A stretch of DNA of 64,000 nucleotides, taken from the IMG/VR virus record IMGVR_UViG_3300046787_000438, positions 88,412-152,411 of that record. One strand, given 5' to 3'. Made by a program: the position numbers and the translations under genes. Source of the DNA: a virus. Shown here piece by piece: positions 9,515-19,221 of the stretch. Each line of letters starts with the position of its first letter. Position 1 is the first letter of the stretch. The notes beneath the pieces were generated by a model. The model was not told the DNA's origin, ran no database searches, and saw only the letters and a list, made by a program, of their open reading frames with translations.

Positions 9515-9805
9515 ATGACGACTTCAGTTCCAGCTATAGCTCTACTACTTGGCACTCTTGAAAAGGGCTACGTACTAGACATCTATGTTGAAGGCGAAGA
9601 CAAGCGAGCCTACGATGGCGGCTTGAATAAGGATGAAATAATTCACGTTGCGGAAGACGGAATTATCTATAGGACCGATGCGGACAATGAAGTAGTCTAC
9701 ATCCCTATGTCACGAATCAATCACCTGTCAGTGAATAAGATGTTTGACTTTGAAAATGATATTGACTTTATTGATGTAAAAAACAAAAGAGAGGTTAGCT
9801 TCTAA
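9515..9805 (+). CDS. hypothetical protein
   Basis: SD AAGGAG. Confidence 0.7.
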   Translation: MTTSVPAIALLLGTLEKGYVLDIYVEGEDKRAYDGGLNKDEIIHVAEDGIIYRTDADNEVVYIPMSRINHLSVNKMFDFENDIDFIDVKNKREVSF

Positions 9806-9981
9806 TGACTATTGACTGGAGTTGGTGGGCGTTCGTTGCTGGAGTACTGGCAACGCTAACCGTTGAGTTCTGGGTAGTAATTGCTATTGCTTGGAAGCAG
9901 TGGAAGAAGCAGCAGAAGAAGGCTACGTCATTCGCTGATGACTGGACTGTAGATAGAATGTTCGGTTCAGGTAATAAGTAA
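9805..9981 (+). CDS. small membrane protein (not in ORF track)
   Basis: TAATG coupling; MTIDWSWWAFVAGVLATLTVEFWVVIAIAWKQWKK. Confidence 0.65.
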   Translation: MTIDWSWWAFVAGVLATLTVEFWVVIAIAWKQWKKQQKKATSFADDWTVDRMFGSGNK

Positions 9982-10016
9982 AGCTTGATACCCTTGCCAT
10001 GTGTTAGCATGTTATT

Positions 10017-10208
10017 ATGACAAGCTTTCAGGTGGCCCTAATAACCCTCGCTGCCCTTTGGGTAGTGGGGGTTGTTTCTTTTATGCTATGGCTAACCTTT
10101 AAGGTCATCCCTAAGATCCATAATGAGTTGGATGAGATGGGTATGAGTGAGGGCGAAAAGCGTAAGACGCTAACTAAGGTTGCCTATCCACCTAGGTTCT
10201 TTAAGTAA
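10017..10208 (+). CDS. small membrane protein
   Basis: N-terminal TM helix; leaderless promoter upstream. Confidence 0.6.
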   Translation: MTSFQVALITLAALWVVGVVSFMLWLTFKVIPKIHNELDEMGMSEGEKRKTLTKVAYPPRFFK

Positions 10209-10259
10209 TACTTAATACTTAATACTTGACAAATAAACGTAATGCTGTACTATTGAAGT

Positions 10260-10634
10260 ATGGATTACGAAACTTATGCAGCTTATACAACTCCTAAGGC
10301 CTACAAAGCTTGGGCGCTTGGGGCTCTTGTAGCGGGGGCTATAGCCTTCTTTGGTGGAGTAGTGGGGGTGCTGGCATCTATCCCTGTCGGAATAGCGGTG
10401 GCTTTGGCGTTATATCGCTGGGTATTCTGCAACGCTGAGGAGCGTGCCTTTTTCGATAGTGAAGAATATTCGACATTACAGGCCTCATACAGAAGACGTC
10501 AGAGTGTTGCGTTGGACGCCCGTATTTATTACGAGTCGTTAATCCCTAAGGCAAAAGAGGACAGGTATGTGGCCGAAGTGCTAGAGGAAGTTGTACAGAT
10601 TGCTAAGACAACTGCTAAGTCTGGCAGACGCTAG
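10260..10634 (+). CDS. membrane protein (leaderless)
   Basis: TTGACA-16bp-TACTAT then ATG 6 nt later; hydrophobic N-half. Confidence 0.7.
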   Translation: MDYETYAAYTTPKAYKAWALGALVAGAIAFFGGVVGVLASIPVGIAVALALYRWVFCNAEERAFFDSEEYSTLQASYRRRQSVALDARIYYESLIPKAKEDRYVAEVLEEVVQIAKTTAKSGRR

Positions 10635-11224
10635 AGGGTCCCTAGAGAATCCCTAAATGCATTGACTTCGTCAAAGATGGGTAGGGATGGGTCTAGCTGA
10701 CTTAGGTGTGAGAAGTCTGAGTGTGGATGCTGAACGAACCTAAAAAACATAACGCGAATATATTCGTTGTCTTTGAAAGTCTTGCGTGGCCTCCAATGGA
10801 CGTTCCTATTTGGGTGAAATAGTAGGGCGGAGTTATCTTCTAAAGTGTAGAGATCCATATCGATACCTAATGGCCAATAGGTGTTTGGACTGGAACTTAG
10901 CTGGAAGTCAATGATGTAGTCTGTGAAATCGCCATCATAGTGTGGACGTAACTTAGGGACGCCGTACTTACTACTGTATTCAACGCAAAGTGGTGGGTTC
11001 ATAACTTCAAGCTCTAAGTTGGGGAAGAGCTCTTTAATTAGCTTATTGAGCTTAAGTTCGATCTCTGGTGGTAACGTACCGTTCTCTAGGTGAACCCTAC
11101 CTAGCTCCTGATATGTGTAGACGTCACTATCTGGAAGAGTAGCTAACGCGTGGTTTATGGCAACTAGCTCTTCTGAAGTGAATAGGTTGGGTAAAAGTAT
11201 TGGAGTGGGTGGGCTAATCTTCAT
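10631..11224 (-). CDS. 2OG-Fe(II) oxygenase-like protein
   Basis: PKLRPHYD, DNSALLF, HWR. Confidence 0.65.
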   Translation of the reverse strand: MKISPPTPILLPNLFTSEELVAINHALATLPDSDVYTYQELGRVHLENGTLPPEIELKLNKLIKELFPNLELEVMNPPLCVEYSSKYGVPKLRPHYDGDFTDYIIDFQLSSSPNTYWPLGIDMDLYTLEDNSALLFHPNRNVHWRPRKTFKDNEYIRVMFFRFVQHPHSDFSHLSQLDPSLPIFDEVNAFRDSLGTL

Positions 11225-11438
11225 CTTCGTCTGGCCCCCAAACGTAACGCCTAACGGTTCCATATAGATCGATTACTTCGGATACTAGCTTCTCTGTTGC
11301 GATTAGAAGGTCTGCCTTTGATTCGGCATCTATTGGTTCGTCAACCTCTGTGTGGATCTCCTGAACTGCATACGCGCATAAATCTAAACGCCGTAGTGCA
11401 TTAACTAGGGATGCGTGTGGGAGTCGATCTGTGGACAT
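11214..11438 (-). CDS. hypothetical protein
   Basis: ORF; TACAAT just upstream (leaderless). Confidence 0.6.
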   Translation of the reverse strand: MSTDRLPHASLVNALRRLDLCAYAVQEIHTEVDEPIDAESKADLLIATEKLVSEVIDLYGTVRRYVWGPDEDED

Positions 11439-11459
11439 GGTTTCTATTGTAGCCGAGGG

Positions 11460-11930
11460 ATTTAGGGGTGTTATTTGAGGTTAGAGGGGGGTTGGGAGGG
11501 AGTTGGAGAGGGGGAGCCTGTGGATAACTTTCAGAGATGGAGGGTGAATTTTGTGATAATAGACGCCAATATTGACAGAAGAAGAGTCGGAATGGGAGAG
11601 GAAGTTATTATCGAGAAAAGTTTGGAGTAGAGGGGAAAGTTGATAATAAAAGGAGGGAGTTATTATCAGAGAAAGTTTGTAAGGAAGGGAAGATTTTTGA
11701 TAATAAACAGGGTTTAATAGACCTTAGTTTATATTGCTAACAATTATTTCCAATACGCGTATAGAGTTCTCTTAGGGCCTTAGGTAAAAAATTGTTGCAT
11801 ATATAAAATAACGTCTATAGAACATATATACTGGTAACCTGTGGATAACTTTGTGGAAAGCAGGGGAGGTTGGCAGGGAAAATTTAATATTGAATATTGA
11901 TTAATTACTATTGACTAATAACTATTGAAG
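11460..11930. other. putative replication origin
   Basis: two perfect DnaA boxes (TGTGGATAA 11519, 11840), GATAATAA/TTATTATC repeats, ~40-bp imperfect inverted repeat, AT-rich block. Confidence 0.6.
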
Positions 11931-11945
11931 GTGTAGGGTGTAGAT

Positions 11946-12233
11946 ATGAAACCTGAGAGTGCAGAGAGTGCAGATTGGATACTTGAAGAACTTTCAAACG
12001 CTCGAGCCTTTGGAGAGTCAGAGGAAATACTCAAGCTGTTGGATCTTTATGTAGCTACTAGTCAAGAGTTGAAGTATGTATCTACTAATCAAGAGTTAAA
12101 ACCTGCTAGGCAGATAAAAGTTTCTGATGCTGGTTGGTATCAGAATTCAGATGGAAAGTTATTTCATTATGACGGTGTCGTATGGGATGAAGTTCCTTCT
12201 GAGAAACAAGGCGACCTAGAGTTCCTTGGCTAA
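11946..12233 (+). CDS. hypothetical protein (AGWY...YDG..W motif)
   Basis: ORF downstream of a TTGACT..TAGGGT promoter. Confidence 0.65.
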   Translation: MKPESAESADWILEELSNARAFGESEEILKLLDLYVATSQELKYVSTNQELKPARQIKVSDAGWYQNSDGKLFHYDGVVWDEVPSEKQGDLEFLG

Positions 12234-12254
12234 TAGAGAGATAGAGAGAAGCAA

Positions 12255-12611
12255 ATGATTAAAGCAAATGCTGGAAAGATGCGAGGAGTTCGTGTAATGC
12301 GAGACCCTGATGGCATCCTGATTGATCCTTTCACTGATGTGGATGGTTCAAAGTATGGCTACGTTGTTGTTTACGGTGAGGGTGAGCCTGCTGTATTCGA
12401 TGGTGAAGTATGGCACCCAGTTATCACTGGGTCAGCTGACGAGTGGGAAAACTCACTTCAGCAGGTTATTTATGACCAGGGAACTGCCATTGCACAAGCT
12501 GCGATTAGTAGCCCTGTTTATGCTGAACTGGCAAAGGTTATGAATATTATGGTTGGTGCTGGAGTAAATGCTCCGACTGACACTGTGTTTACGTTTGGAG
12601 CAACTTCCTAA
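12255..12611 (+). CDS. hypothetical protein
   Basis: ORF in operon. Confidence 0.7.
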   Translation: MIKANAGKMRGVRVMRDPDGILIDPFTDVDGSKYGYVVVYGEGEPAVFDGEVWHPVITGSADEWENSLQQVIYDQGTAIAQAAISSPVYAELAKVMNIMVGAGVNAPTDTVFTFGATS

Positions 12612-13147
12612 TGTCTTTCATGGATGCGTTTGATATTGACGAGCACAAGCTCGAGTTGATTGATAAGACTCTAGCTAAGAACCCTCGTAAGAATGACAAG
12701 CGTATCTGCGCATGTGGACACCCAATGTCCAGACACGATGCAGATAACGAGATGCACTGCAAGCCTGCTAGGTTTGACTGTCCATGTCGTATCCCAACCG
12801 CTGTACTTGAAGTACCAGACAACCGATACTTCCTAGCAAGGAATGAAGGATCTGGGGAGAAGCATGCATTGATGCGTGGAATCTTCATGGCTCGTAAAGG
12901 TATGCAAGAGAAGTTTGACCAAGAAGCCAACTGGCTGATTGATTTCAAATGTCAGAACCCAACCTGCGGCAAAGACACAAAAGCATATCCAGTCCGATGC
13001 GATGTGGATTTCTACCGAATCTATGACTCTAATAAAGATCAAGGCATCACCATGTTCTACTGTGAAACATGCCGAGAAGTTTATTACGACTCCGATGAAG
13101 CAATCGCTGCAAAGCGAGCAATGCTGATTCAAAGAAACACAAAGTAG
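12611..13147 (+). CDS. Cys/His-rich putative zinc-binding protein
   Basis: CACGH..H, C..CPC, CQNPTC, CETC. Confidence 0.7.
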   Translation: MSFMDAFDIDEHKLELIDKTLAKNPRKNDKRICACGHPMSRHDADNEMHCKPARFDCPCRIPTAVLEVPDNRYFLARNEGSGEKHALMRGIFMARKGMQEKFDQEANWLIDFKCQNPTCGKDTKAYPVRCDVDFYRIYDSNKDQGITMFYCETCREVYYDSDEAIAAKRAMLIQRNTK

Positions 13148-13202
13148 CAAAACTGGCACAAACTGTGCTAGCATAATAAATCGATAAGTTAGGAGCCATA
13201 AC

Positions 13203-13553
13203 ATGGCAAAGATCACCACTTGGGACAAGGTACGTAACTCACTAGGTCTCGGATTCTCAAAGGGAACTGAAGCAGAGCTAGCTCGTGAAGCTGCAGAGTT
13301 TGTTGCAACTTTGGCTGAGGCAGCCGAGGAGCGTAAGGCAGCTCTTGCAAAGAAGGCTACTGAAGAGAAGAAGGCAGCTGAATCAGTAAAGCCAGTTGCA
13401 AAGAAGCCAGTTGAAAAGGCTGCCCCAGCAAAGAAGCCAGTTGCAAAGACCACTGCAAAGAAGGATGCCATCAAGAAGGATCTTGCTGACACTCCTGTTG
13501 CAAAGAAGACTCCTGCTGCAAAGAAGCCAACTCCAAAGAAGCCTTCAAAGTAG
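13203..13553 (+). CDS. Lys/Ala/Pro-rich histone-like protein
   Basis: repeated PVAKK/PAAKK tail. Confidence 0.7.
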   Translation: MAKITTWDKVRNSLGLGFSKGTEAELAREAAEFVATLAEAAEERKAALAKKATEEKKAAESVKPVAKKPVEKAAPAKKPVAKTTAKKDAIKKDLADTPVAKKTPAAKKPTPKKPSK

Positions 13554-13568
13554 TAGTAGAATAAAATT

Positions 13569-13622
13569 CTCCACTGGGAGTTAGCGAGCGGGAAGCTCGG
13601 GAAGAACTAACTCCTAGTGGGG
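13569..13622. terminator. stem-loop after the histone-like gene
   Basis: CCACTGGGAGTTAG / CTAACTCCTAGTGG arms. Confidence 0.5.
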
Positions 13623-13746
13623 AACATAACTTAAAAGTTTTTTGTCTCTGCGGGAGAGGTAGGGACAAAAATAAACCCAGCTAGGGTTGGAAAAACCGTC
13701 TCGTCATGTTAAAGTGATGAGGCGGTTATTTCTTTCTGGAGGACAT

Positions 13747-13983
13747 ATGAGTGATGGTTTAGTCAAGATACCCTTGATGGCTGAAGAACTTGGCATTACT
13801 ACCAAAACCTTGTACAATTGGATTAACTCTGGAAAGCTAGTCATGCCCACCCCTGGGTTCGTCAATCAGACCTCCGCCTACGAAGTGTGGCTCCAACAGA
13901 AGTCCCTGAAGAGTATCCAGTCCTACTTCATGGCTATAAAGATTCCCCGCGACTCCTCTGGGAAGTTCTTCCCTAAAGACTAA
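13747..13983 (+). CDS. excisionase/MerR-like HTH DNA-binding protein
   Basis: MAEELGITTKTLYNWINSGKL; SD GGAGG before ATG 13747. Confidence 0.75.
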   Translation: MSDGLVKIPLMAEELGITTKTLYNWINSGKLVMPTPGFVNQTSAYEVWLQQKSLKSIQSYFMAIKIPRDSSGKFFPKD

Positions 13984-14036
13984 GTTCTTAATTTAATAAG
14001 AAAATCAATAAGAAAAAATAATGCTATTCTAAAGTC

Positions 14037-14714
14037 ATGTGTCAAAAATGTATTGATGAAGTTGTAGACCTGAAGCCTAAGGTTAAGTTTAGGATGTCGA
14101 AAGAAGATAAGGCTAAACTCCCAGGTAAGCTGATTCCTAATAAGCTAGTTTCCGATATGTCTCCCGAGGAGTATCAAGAGCATCGTCTATACGCTAGAGC
14201 CTACAAAAAAGCGTACAATGACTTCCATGCAGCAAACGGTAACGGCACCAAAATATATCAGGATGCCTATCAAAAAGCATACAAGCGTAATCACTATGCC
14301 CAATATATGGAGTACTTGAATCGGTATCGCAAAGAGAATCCAGAGTGGGGAAATAGAAGTCACCGCCGCCGCAGAGCTAGACACGCTGCTGTTGATTCCG
14401 AGGTTTATTATCCTAATCAAATCATCGAGTTGTGGGGGACGGATTGTTACCTCTGTGGTGAGGCCATAGATCTTGAAGCTAATCGCGGCGTCGGACAGAT
14501 CGGATGGGAGCGAGGGCTACACTTAGACCATGTAATTCCCATTTCGGCGGGGGGACCAGATACGGTAGATAACGTGAGACCAACCCACGGGCAATGTAAT
14601 TTAAGGAAGCAATCATCAATTGTAGTTACCTTAAACGATGAAGCAGAACGAGTTAAGGTACTATTTCAAGAGCGTTATGGTGCACCCAAAAAAGGTAGAC
14701 CGAGACTTGACTAA
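14037..14714 (+). CDS. HNH endonuclease
   Basis: CYLCG, HLDHVIPISAGG...NVRPTHGQCN. Confidence 0.9.
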   Translation: MCQKCIDEVVDLKPKVKFRMSKEDKAKLPGKLIPNKLVSDMSPEEYQEHRLYARAYKKAYNDFHAANGNGTKIYQDAYQKAYKRNHYAQYMEYLNRYRKENPEWGNRSHRRRRARHAAVDSEVYYPNQIIELWGTDCYLCGEAIDLEANRGVGQIGWERGLHLDHVIPISAGGPDTVDNVRPTHGQCNLRKQSSIVVTLNDEAERVKVLFQERYGAPKKGRPRLD

Positions 14715-14990
14715 CTGGTTGAAATCAAATAATGCTTAATGAAGGGCAAAACCCCTGCGTTTACCCTCACCTCGTCCAAAAAATTCGTCCAACGAATAAT
14801 CAACAACTTTTCATGATTGTACAATTGTTGCTATGTTTACTGCAGCTAAAACTAGTGGCGTCCACAATACCCTACAATTGATGGAGAAGGCGGCCTTACC
14901 ACAGTCCTCTCCCCAGTTGGTAGGGTCGCTTTCGCCTTCCTGTCTAAGTTGCATCATCATTAAGAAGTTGCTTGACATTAGGGACGTACA

Positions 14991-15947
14991 TTGTTAGAAT
15001 TAAACGGCGAGTCAAAAGAGACCGATCCACTGGATTATGTCCTCGAAGATCCAACCGCGATCCTCGCTGACCTTTCAGCCCTCGGTATTGAAGAAGTCGA
15101 TAAAGGCGTTTGCGAGGACTCATTCGAGAACCGTGCTATATTACGGCGAGCGCACCTAATCTGGGAACCTGTTTACTCGAGCACGGGCGGATCAACGGGC
15201 CTGTTAAAAGTACGGTCAGCTGAATCAACTCGCGAACGTCGCATCCAATCTCTAGCCGAGAAACGGCCTGTTCTCGTTAACCCCTCAGATAATAACTCCG
15301 ACTACCTAACGGGTCTAGATCTAATAGCTGAAGAAGCTTCCGACTACCTAGTACCGCCTTGGGTTATTGGTGCCACCCGTAAGTGGTTGAAAGAGCAAGA
15401 AGCTGGTGGACCCCCAACCGCTAAGCGCCAGCCAGTTCCACTACCTCACCGTTGTCGCCAGGTAAAGTTTGACGGGATCCGATGCATGCTCTGGGGATCA
15501 GGGCGTCCAGTTGATGACGGCCTGTGTCGAGTACATTTGCGTACACTGAAGTCGAAGACATCTGATGACATCGAACGAGCCCGTGAAAAGTTAATGCAAG
15601 CTGCACCGTATGCTGTAGACAAACTTGAAGATCTTATGGAAAACGCCGAGTCGGAGCCTGTAAGATTAAAAGCAGCAACAGAAATTCTTGACCGTGCTGG
15701 TGTACGTGGTGGTGTTGAAATTGATACCAACGTCAATATCGACGTGCGGCCTGCTGCGTCTATCATTGCCGAACGTTTGGAACGGTTGGCCATGGGAGCT
15801 GCAACCGCTGCGTCTCTTCTACAAGAGAGCGGCGCGGATGTAGTAGATGCTGAAGTTGTAATTGAAGAGACCGCGAGCGCGACCGATCCTAACCAGGAGC
15901 GGCCTGCGTCTACTACTAAAGAAGAAACCGAGATAACGAATGAGTAA
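14991..15947 (+). CDS. putative terminase small subunit
   Basis: C..C..LCRVH then RAREKLMQAAPYAVDKL...SEPVRLKAATEILDRAG, a TerS-like helical segment. Confidence 0.5.
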   Translation: MLELNGESKETDPLDYVLEDPTAILADLSALGIEEVDKGVCEDSFENRAILRRAHLIWEPVYSSTGGSTGLLKVRSAESTRERRIQSLAEKRPVLVNPSDNNSDYLTGLDLIAEEASDYLVPPWVIGATRKWLKEQEAGGPPTAKRQPVPLPHRCRQVKFDGIRCMLWGSGRPVDDGLCRVHLRTLKSKTSDDIERAREKLMQAAPYAVDKLEDLMENAESEPVRLKAATEILDRAGVRGGVEIDTNVNIDVRPAASIIAERLERLAMGAATAASLLQESGADVVDAEVVIEETASATDPNQERPASTTKEETEITNE

Positions 15948-16248
15948 CGGACACGACTACGGTCAGATTCTTAAAGCGGCCCGCGATCACTACAATAACC
16001 TGAAGACGGATATCGCAAACGCGTCTAACCGTATAGAGCACATCCGACTAAGCGCTCTAGCTCAGGAAGCTCATAATCTTTTAACGGAGCTTCAGATGTT
16101 CGAGATCGGACTCGTCTACACTCACACTGGATCAACCGAAGCATATTTCGCTAAGCTCCAGGAAGAGGGACGTTCGTCAACCGATGAATCAGATCTCACT
16201 CTGGACCTTCCAGAATTCAAGAGCCCCTTCAATCCAGACGTAAAATGA
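15940..16248 (+). CDS. hypothetical protein
   Basis: coupled ORF. Confidence 0.7.
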   Translation: MSNGHDYGQILKAARDHYNNLKTDIANASNRIEHIRLSALAQEAHNLLTELQMFEIGLVYTHTGSTEAYFAKLQEEGRSSTDESDLTLDLPEFKSPFNPDVK

Positions 16249-16916
16249 AACAGCTAACCCTCGAAGACATTCAGGGCCTAGGTTTTGACGTCGAGGAAAT
16301 CCTGCCGCGGGTTTTCAAGATACGTAACTTTTTATCAATCGAAGAGACTGCAGCTGTTCTAGCTGAAGCTCGAAGCTACACTGAAGAAGACTGGCGATTC
16401 AGGTACATGTCTGAGATGCGTCGAAGCTGTCTTGAAAAGTTTGGCCGCGATGACATCGAAGCTTTGGTTGAAGAGGGCCTGCTTGAGGTAACCTGGAATT
16501 TTGCAGACAAGAACTGCGGGTACCACAACGAAGAGTTCGCTGAAACTTTGCGCTTGCGTGCGCAGCAGATGTTTGATATAGTTGGCGGGATACAGCTGAA
16601 TGGGTTCCTTGTTGTGCACAGACTCTATGAAGGATCTGACCTCAAGTCTCACTACGACCAGTACTCTGACAAGCTGATTGAATATGCTGCAGTACTTTAC
16701 ATCAACGATGACTACACTGATGGTGAGCTCTTCTTCCCAAAGTTTGATTTCAAATTGCGGCCAGAGCCTGGTACATTGATGGTCTTCCCTGGAACTGAGG
16801 AGTATGAACATGGCGTTCATCCAGTGGGACCAGGACCAGTACGTTATAACTTGCCAACGTTCATCAAACGTCAACACCCAGATGGTGACATGGCAGGGTG
16901 GGCAAGCTTCGGCTAG
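16245..16916 (+). CDS. 2OG-Fe(II) oxygenase
   Basis: HYD, LYINDDYTDGELFF, HGVHPV...RY. Confidence 0.88.
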   Translation: MKQLTLEDIQGLGFDVEEILPRVFKIRNFLSIEETAAVLAEARSYTEEDWRFRYMSEMRRSCLEKFGRDDIEALVEEGLLEVTWNFADKNCGYHNEEFAETLRLRAQQMFDIVGGIQLNGFLVVHRLYEGSDLKSHYDQYSDKLIEYAAVLYINDDYTDGELFFPKFDFKLRPEPGTLMVFPGTEEYEHGVHPVGPGPVRYNLPTFIKRQHPDGDMAGWASFG

Positions 16917-16946
16917 CAGCAGCAATGCATGCGATAGGATGAACTT

Positions 16947-17798
16947 ATGAGATTCCGTAAACGCCAAGATCCTGCTGCAGCAGCTGAACTTTTCATCAGC
17001 AAAGCTCAGCAATACCTGGGCTACACAGCTGAGATGCTTGGCCGTAACATGTTCGGCCAGAAGGTTGGCTATGACTCAACCCCATGGAGCGGCGCGTTTA
17101 TTGACGTAGTCGCCCGTGAGGCAGGCCTCCACCTACCAAGCTTTGTCTACACTCCTGCCGCGCTCGCAGAATTCATTCGCCAGGGAAACTTTTCACGGGT
17201 ACCGCAGCTTGGCAGCGTAGCGATCTATAACTTTTCATCAGAAGTTGGAGCTGCGGCGAGCGCCTTCTCAATGCCCCATTGCGGAATCGTGACCGACGTC
17301 CGCGAGTTCGAGACCACGGGACGGTTTATAACCGTTGAGGGAAACACCGAAGGTTCAACAACTCATACCAAGAAGGATGGCGTGCATCAACGGATCCGCA
17401 CAATTAACGATGTAGTTATTTTTTGTCAGCTGCCTGCAGCACGGATCTCAACTTTTAACGGAAGATTGATTAAGCTCCTGGATCGCGGCCGCACAACTTT
17501 TAACGGCGAGGATCTTAAAGCTATAGACGACGCGGCCCGCATTCCTTCAATACTTCGCATCAACAACGAGATCAAGCACGGATCACGTAACCGCGATATC
17601 GAGATCCTGCAGCTAGCGCTTGCAACTGTTACTGACTTACGTGGCTGCGTACCTGGTAAGTGGGACACAATAACCGCGTCTGCTTGCGCAAGATATCAAC
17701 GTATGATAGGATTCGTTGGAGCAGATGCAAACGGCCTGCCTAACCTAAACACGCTGAAGCGCTTAGCTAAAGAGACGGGACTCTTCACAATTGCCTAA
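16947..17798 (+). CDS. CHAP-like amidase fold plus peptidoglycan-binding domain
   Basis: A.QYLGY, PWSGAF, HCGIV, TVEGNT; C-terminal GKWD..T...YQ..G..ANG. Confidence 0.7.
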   Translation: MRFRKRQDPAAAAELFISKAQQYLGYTAEMLGRNMFGQKVGYDSTPWSGAFIDVVAREAGLHLPSFVYTPAALAEFIRQGNFSRVPQLGSVAIYNFSSEVGAAASAFSMPHCGIVTDVREFETTGRFITVEGNTEGSTTHTKKDGVHQRIRTINDVVIFCQLPAARISTFNGRLIKLLDRGRTTFNGEDLKAIDDAARIPSILRINNEIKHGSRNRDIEILQLALATVTDLRGCVPGKWDTITASACARYQRMIGFVGADANGLPNLNTLKRLAKETGLFTIA

Positions 17799-18120
17799 AG
17801 AATTTAATCTGGATGACTACCAGTACTCTGAAGAGCACATAACTTTTGATGAGTTCCTCAGGTACCAGCCGCTGAAGAACGATCTAGATCCAGCTGCATC
17901 TTTTGACGGAGCATTGTTTCGTCATGAAGGAGATCAGTGGGTCCACATTGCGAAACTATCTGCTGCCAATATCTGGACACTTTTCACGGACCGAGACGGC
18001 TCGCTGCGCATTCGAAACGGATACCAGGTAGACGGACGGCTCGGGTACTTCCACTGTGCTCAGATGCACAACGCTCACAGGACCATCATTGTTGACGGCC
18101 TGGATCTGAACAACTTTTAA
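17791..18120 (+). CDS. hypothetical phage protein
   Basis: coupled ORF; NIWTL...NGY..GRLGYF. Confidence 0.65.
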   Translation: MPKEFNLDDYQYSEEHITFDEFLRYQPLKNDLDPAASFDGALFRHEGDQWVHIAKLSAANIWTLFTDRDGSLRIRNGYQVDGRLGYFHCAQMHNAHRTIIVDGLDLNNF

Positions 18121-18128
18121 CGGAGAGT

Positions 18129-18386
18129 TTGATGAAGCTATTCACCTTCAGCATTATGCATCCTGCAGCAGAAGACGGACCGCTCACTGCGATCGTCCCA
18201 GCGGCTAGCGAAAGCGCGGCGAGGAAACTCCTAGCAACCGAGTTCTTCTTCAACCAAGACTTGGTCAACGGATACATGTTCGACGTCAAGCTGGTCCGAT
18301 CAGCTGAGCTGCCACTTTCCATGAAAAGATTGAATGTCATCACAGTGCAGCTGCCTGACGGACGGATGATGGAGAAAGCTTTCTAA
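18129..18386 (+). CDS. hypothetical protein
   Basis: ORF with GGAG SD. Confidence 0.6.
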   Translation: MMKLFTFSIMHPAAEDGPLTAIVPAASESAARKLLATEFFFNQDLVNGYMFDVKLVRSAELPLSMKRLNVITVQLPDGRMMEKAF

Positions 18387-18438
18387 CTGCGGCGAGCGCT
18401 GATTTGCATCGACGGCCTGCTGTAGGTAAACTAGCGGC

Positions 18439-18870
18439 ATGCCCACACTAGTCACGCAAGATGAAGCAGCACGGATCCTCCACGTCTCACGGGGAATGAT
18501 TCAGTACTGGGTCCGCAAGGGAGCTACGCGGTACCCTAAACCGAGAAAGCCTGGAGCACGCTATGCCCCGTCGACTCGCGAGAGACTTGGACCGACATGT
18601 AACCGCAACTACCTCCTGGACCTGGAAGAGCTGCAGCTCAAACTTTTCACGAATGCTGTAAAGAATCTGGAGCAGCAGAATCCTGAGGCCCATCTCATGA
18701 CCGTTCGCGAGGCAGCCAAGCGAACTAATAGAAAACACGAGACCATTGCCACGTACGTAAAGAAATTCCAACTGAAGAAGTATTTCCTTCACGAAGGCAC
18801 CTCCCACTACTTGATAGATGGCGAGGAACTGGCGGACGCAATGGAATCCAGGGGCCTAGCGCTTACTTGA
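18439..18870 (+). CDS. tandem HTH (excisionase-like) protein
   Basis: VTQDEAARILHVSRGMIQYWVRKG; MTVREAAKRTNRKHETI. Confidence 0.7.
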   Translation: MPTLVTQDEAARILHVSRGMIQYWVRKGATRYPKPRKPGARYAPSTRERLGPTCNRNYLLDLEELQLKLFTNAVKNLEQQNPEAHLMTVREAAKRTNRKHETIATYVKKFQLKKYFLHEGTSHYLIDGEELADAMESRGLALT

Positions 18871-18901
18871 CTTATTAGCGCTGCAGTGGTACATTTGACC
18901 C

Positions 18902-19198
18902 ATGACTACTAAATGTGATTGCAACAAAGTGAATGCCATGGCGTTCAGGTGCTGGGACTGCAACATGTGTACTCTCTGTAACGATGAGTACTACATGGTT
19001 GATGATGGCGTATGGGAAGTTGCCACTGAAGACTTCGGGGGCCATGGCATGTTATGCATTGGCTGCCTTGAGGCACGCCTTGGTGGAAAGCTTGTAGCTA
19101 GCGACTTCCCTGATTACCCAATCAATATGGGCGTCTTCCCGCAATCAACACGCCTACGAAATCGTTTGACAAATAGCGCAGATGCTGCTAACTTTTAA
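18902..19198 (+). CDS. Cys-rich hypothetical protein
   Basis: CWDC, YMV.D.VW, LCIGCLEARLG; leaderless promoter TTGACT..TACATT. Confidence 0.7.
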   Translation: MTTKCDCNKVNAMAFRCWDCNMCTLCNDEYYMVDDGVWEVATEDFGGHGMLCIGCLEARLGGKLVASDFPDYPINMGVFPQSTRLRNRLTNSADAANF

Positions 19199-19221
19199 TT
19201 ACACATAGAAAGGGGTTCCAA

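Noticed and set aside
12589-13492. Minus-strand ORFs of 119 and 219 aa
   Set aside because: Antisense to well-supported + strand genes with RBS and coherent motifs.
13633-13676. Partial 17-mer-like sequences (TTTTTTGTC; GACAAAAATAAAC)
   Set aside because: Too degenerate to count as copies in an AT-rich spacer.
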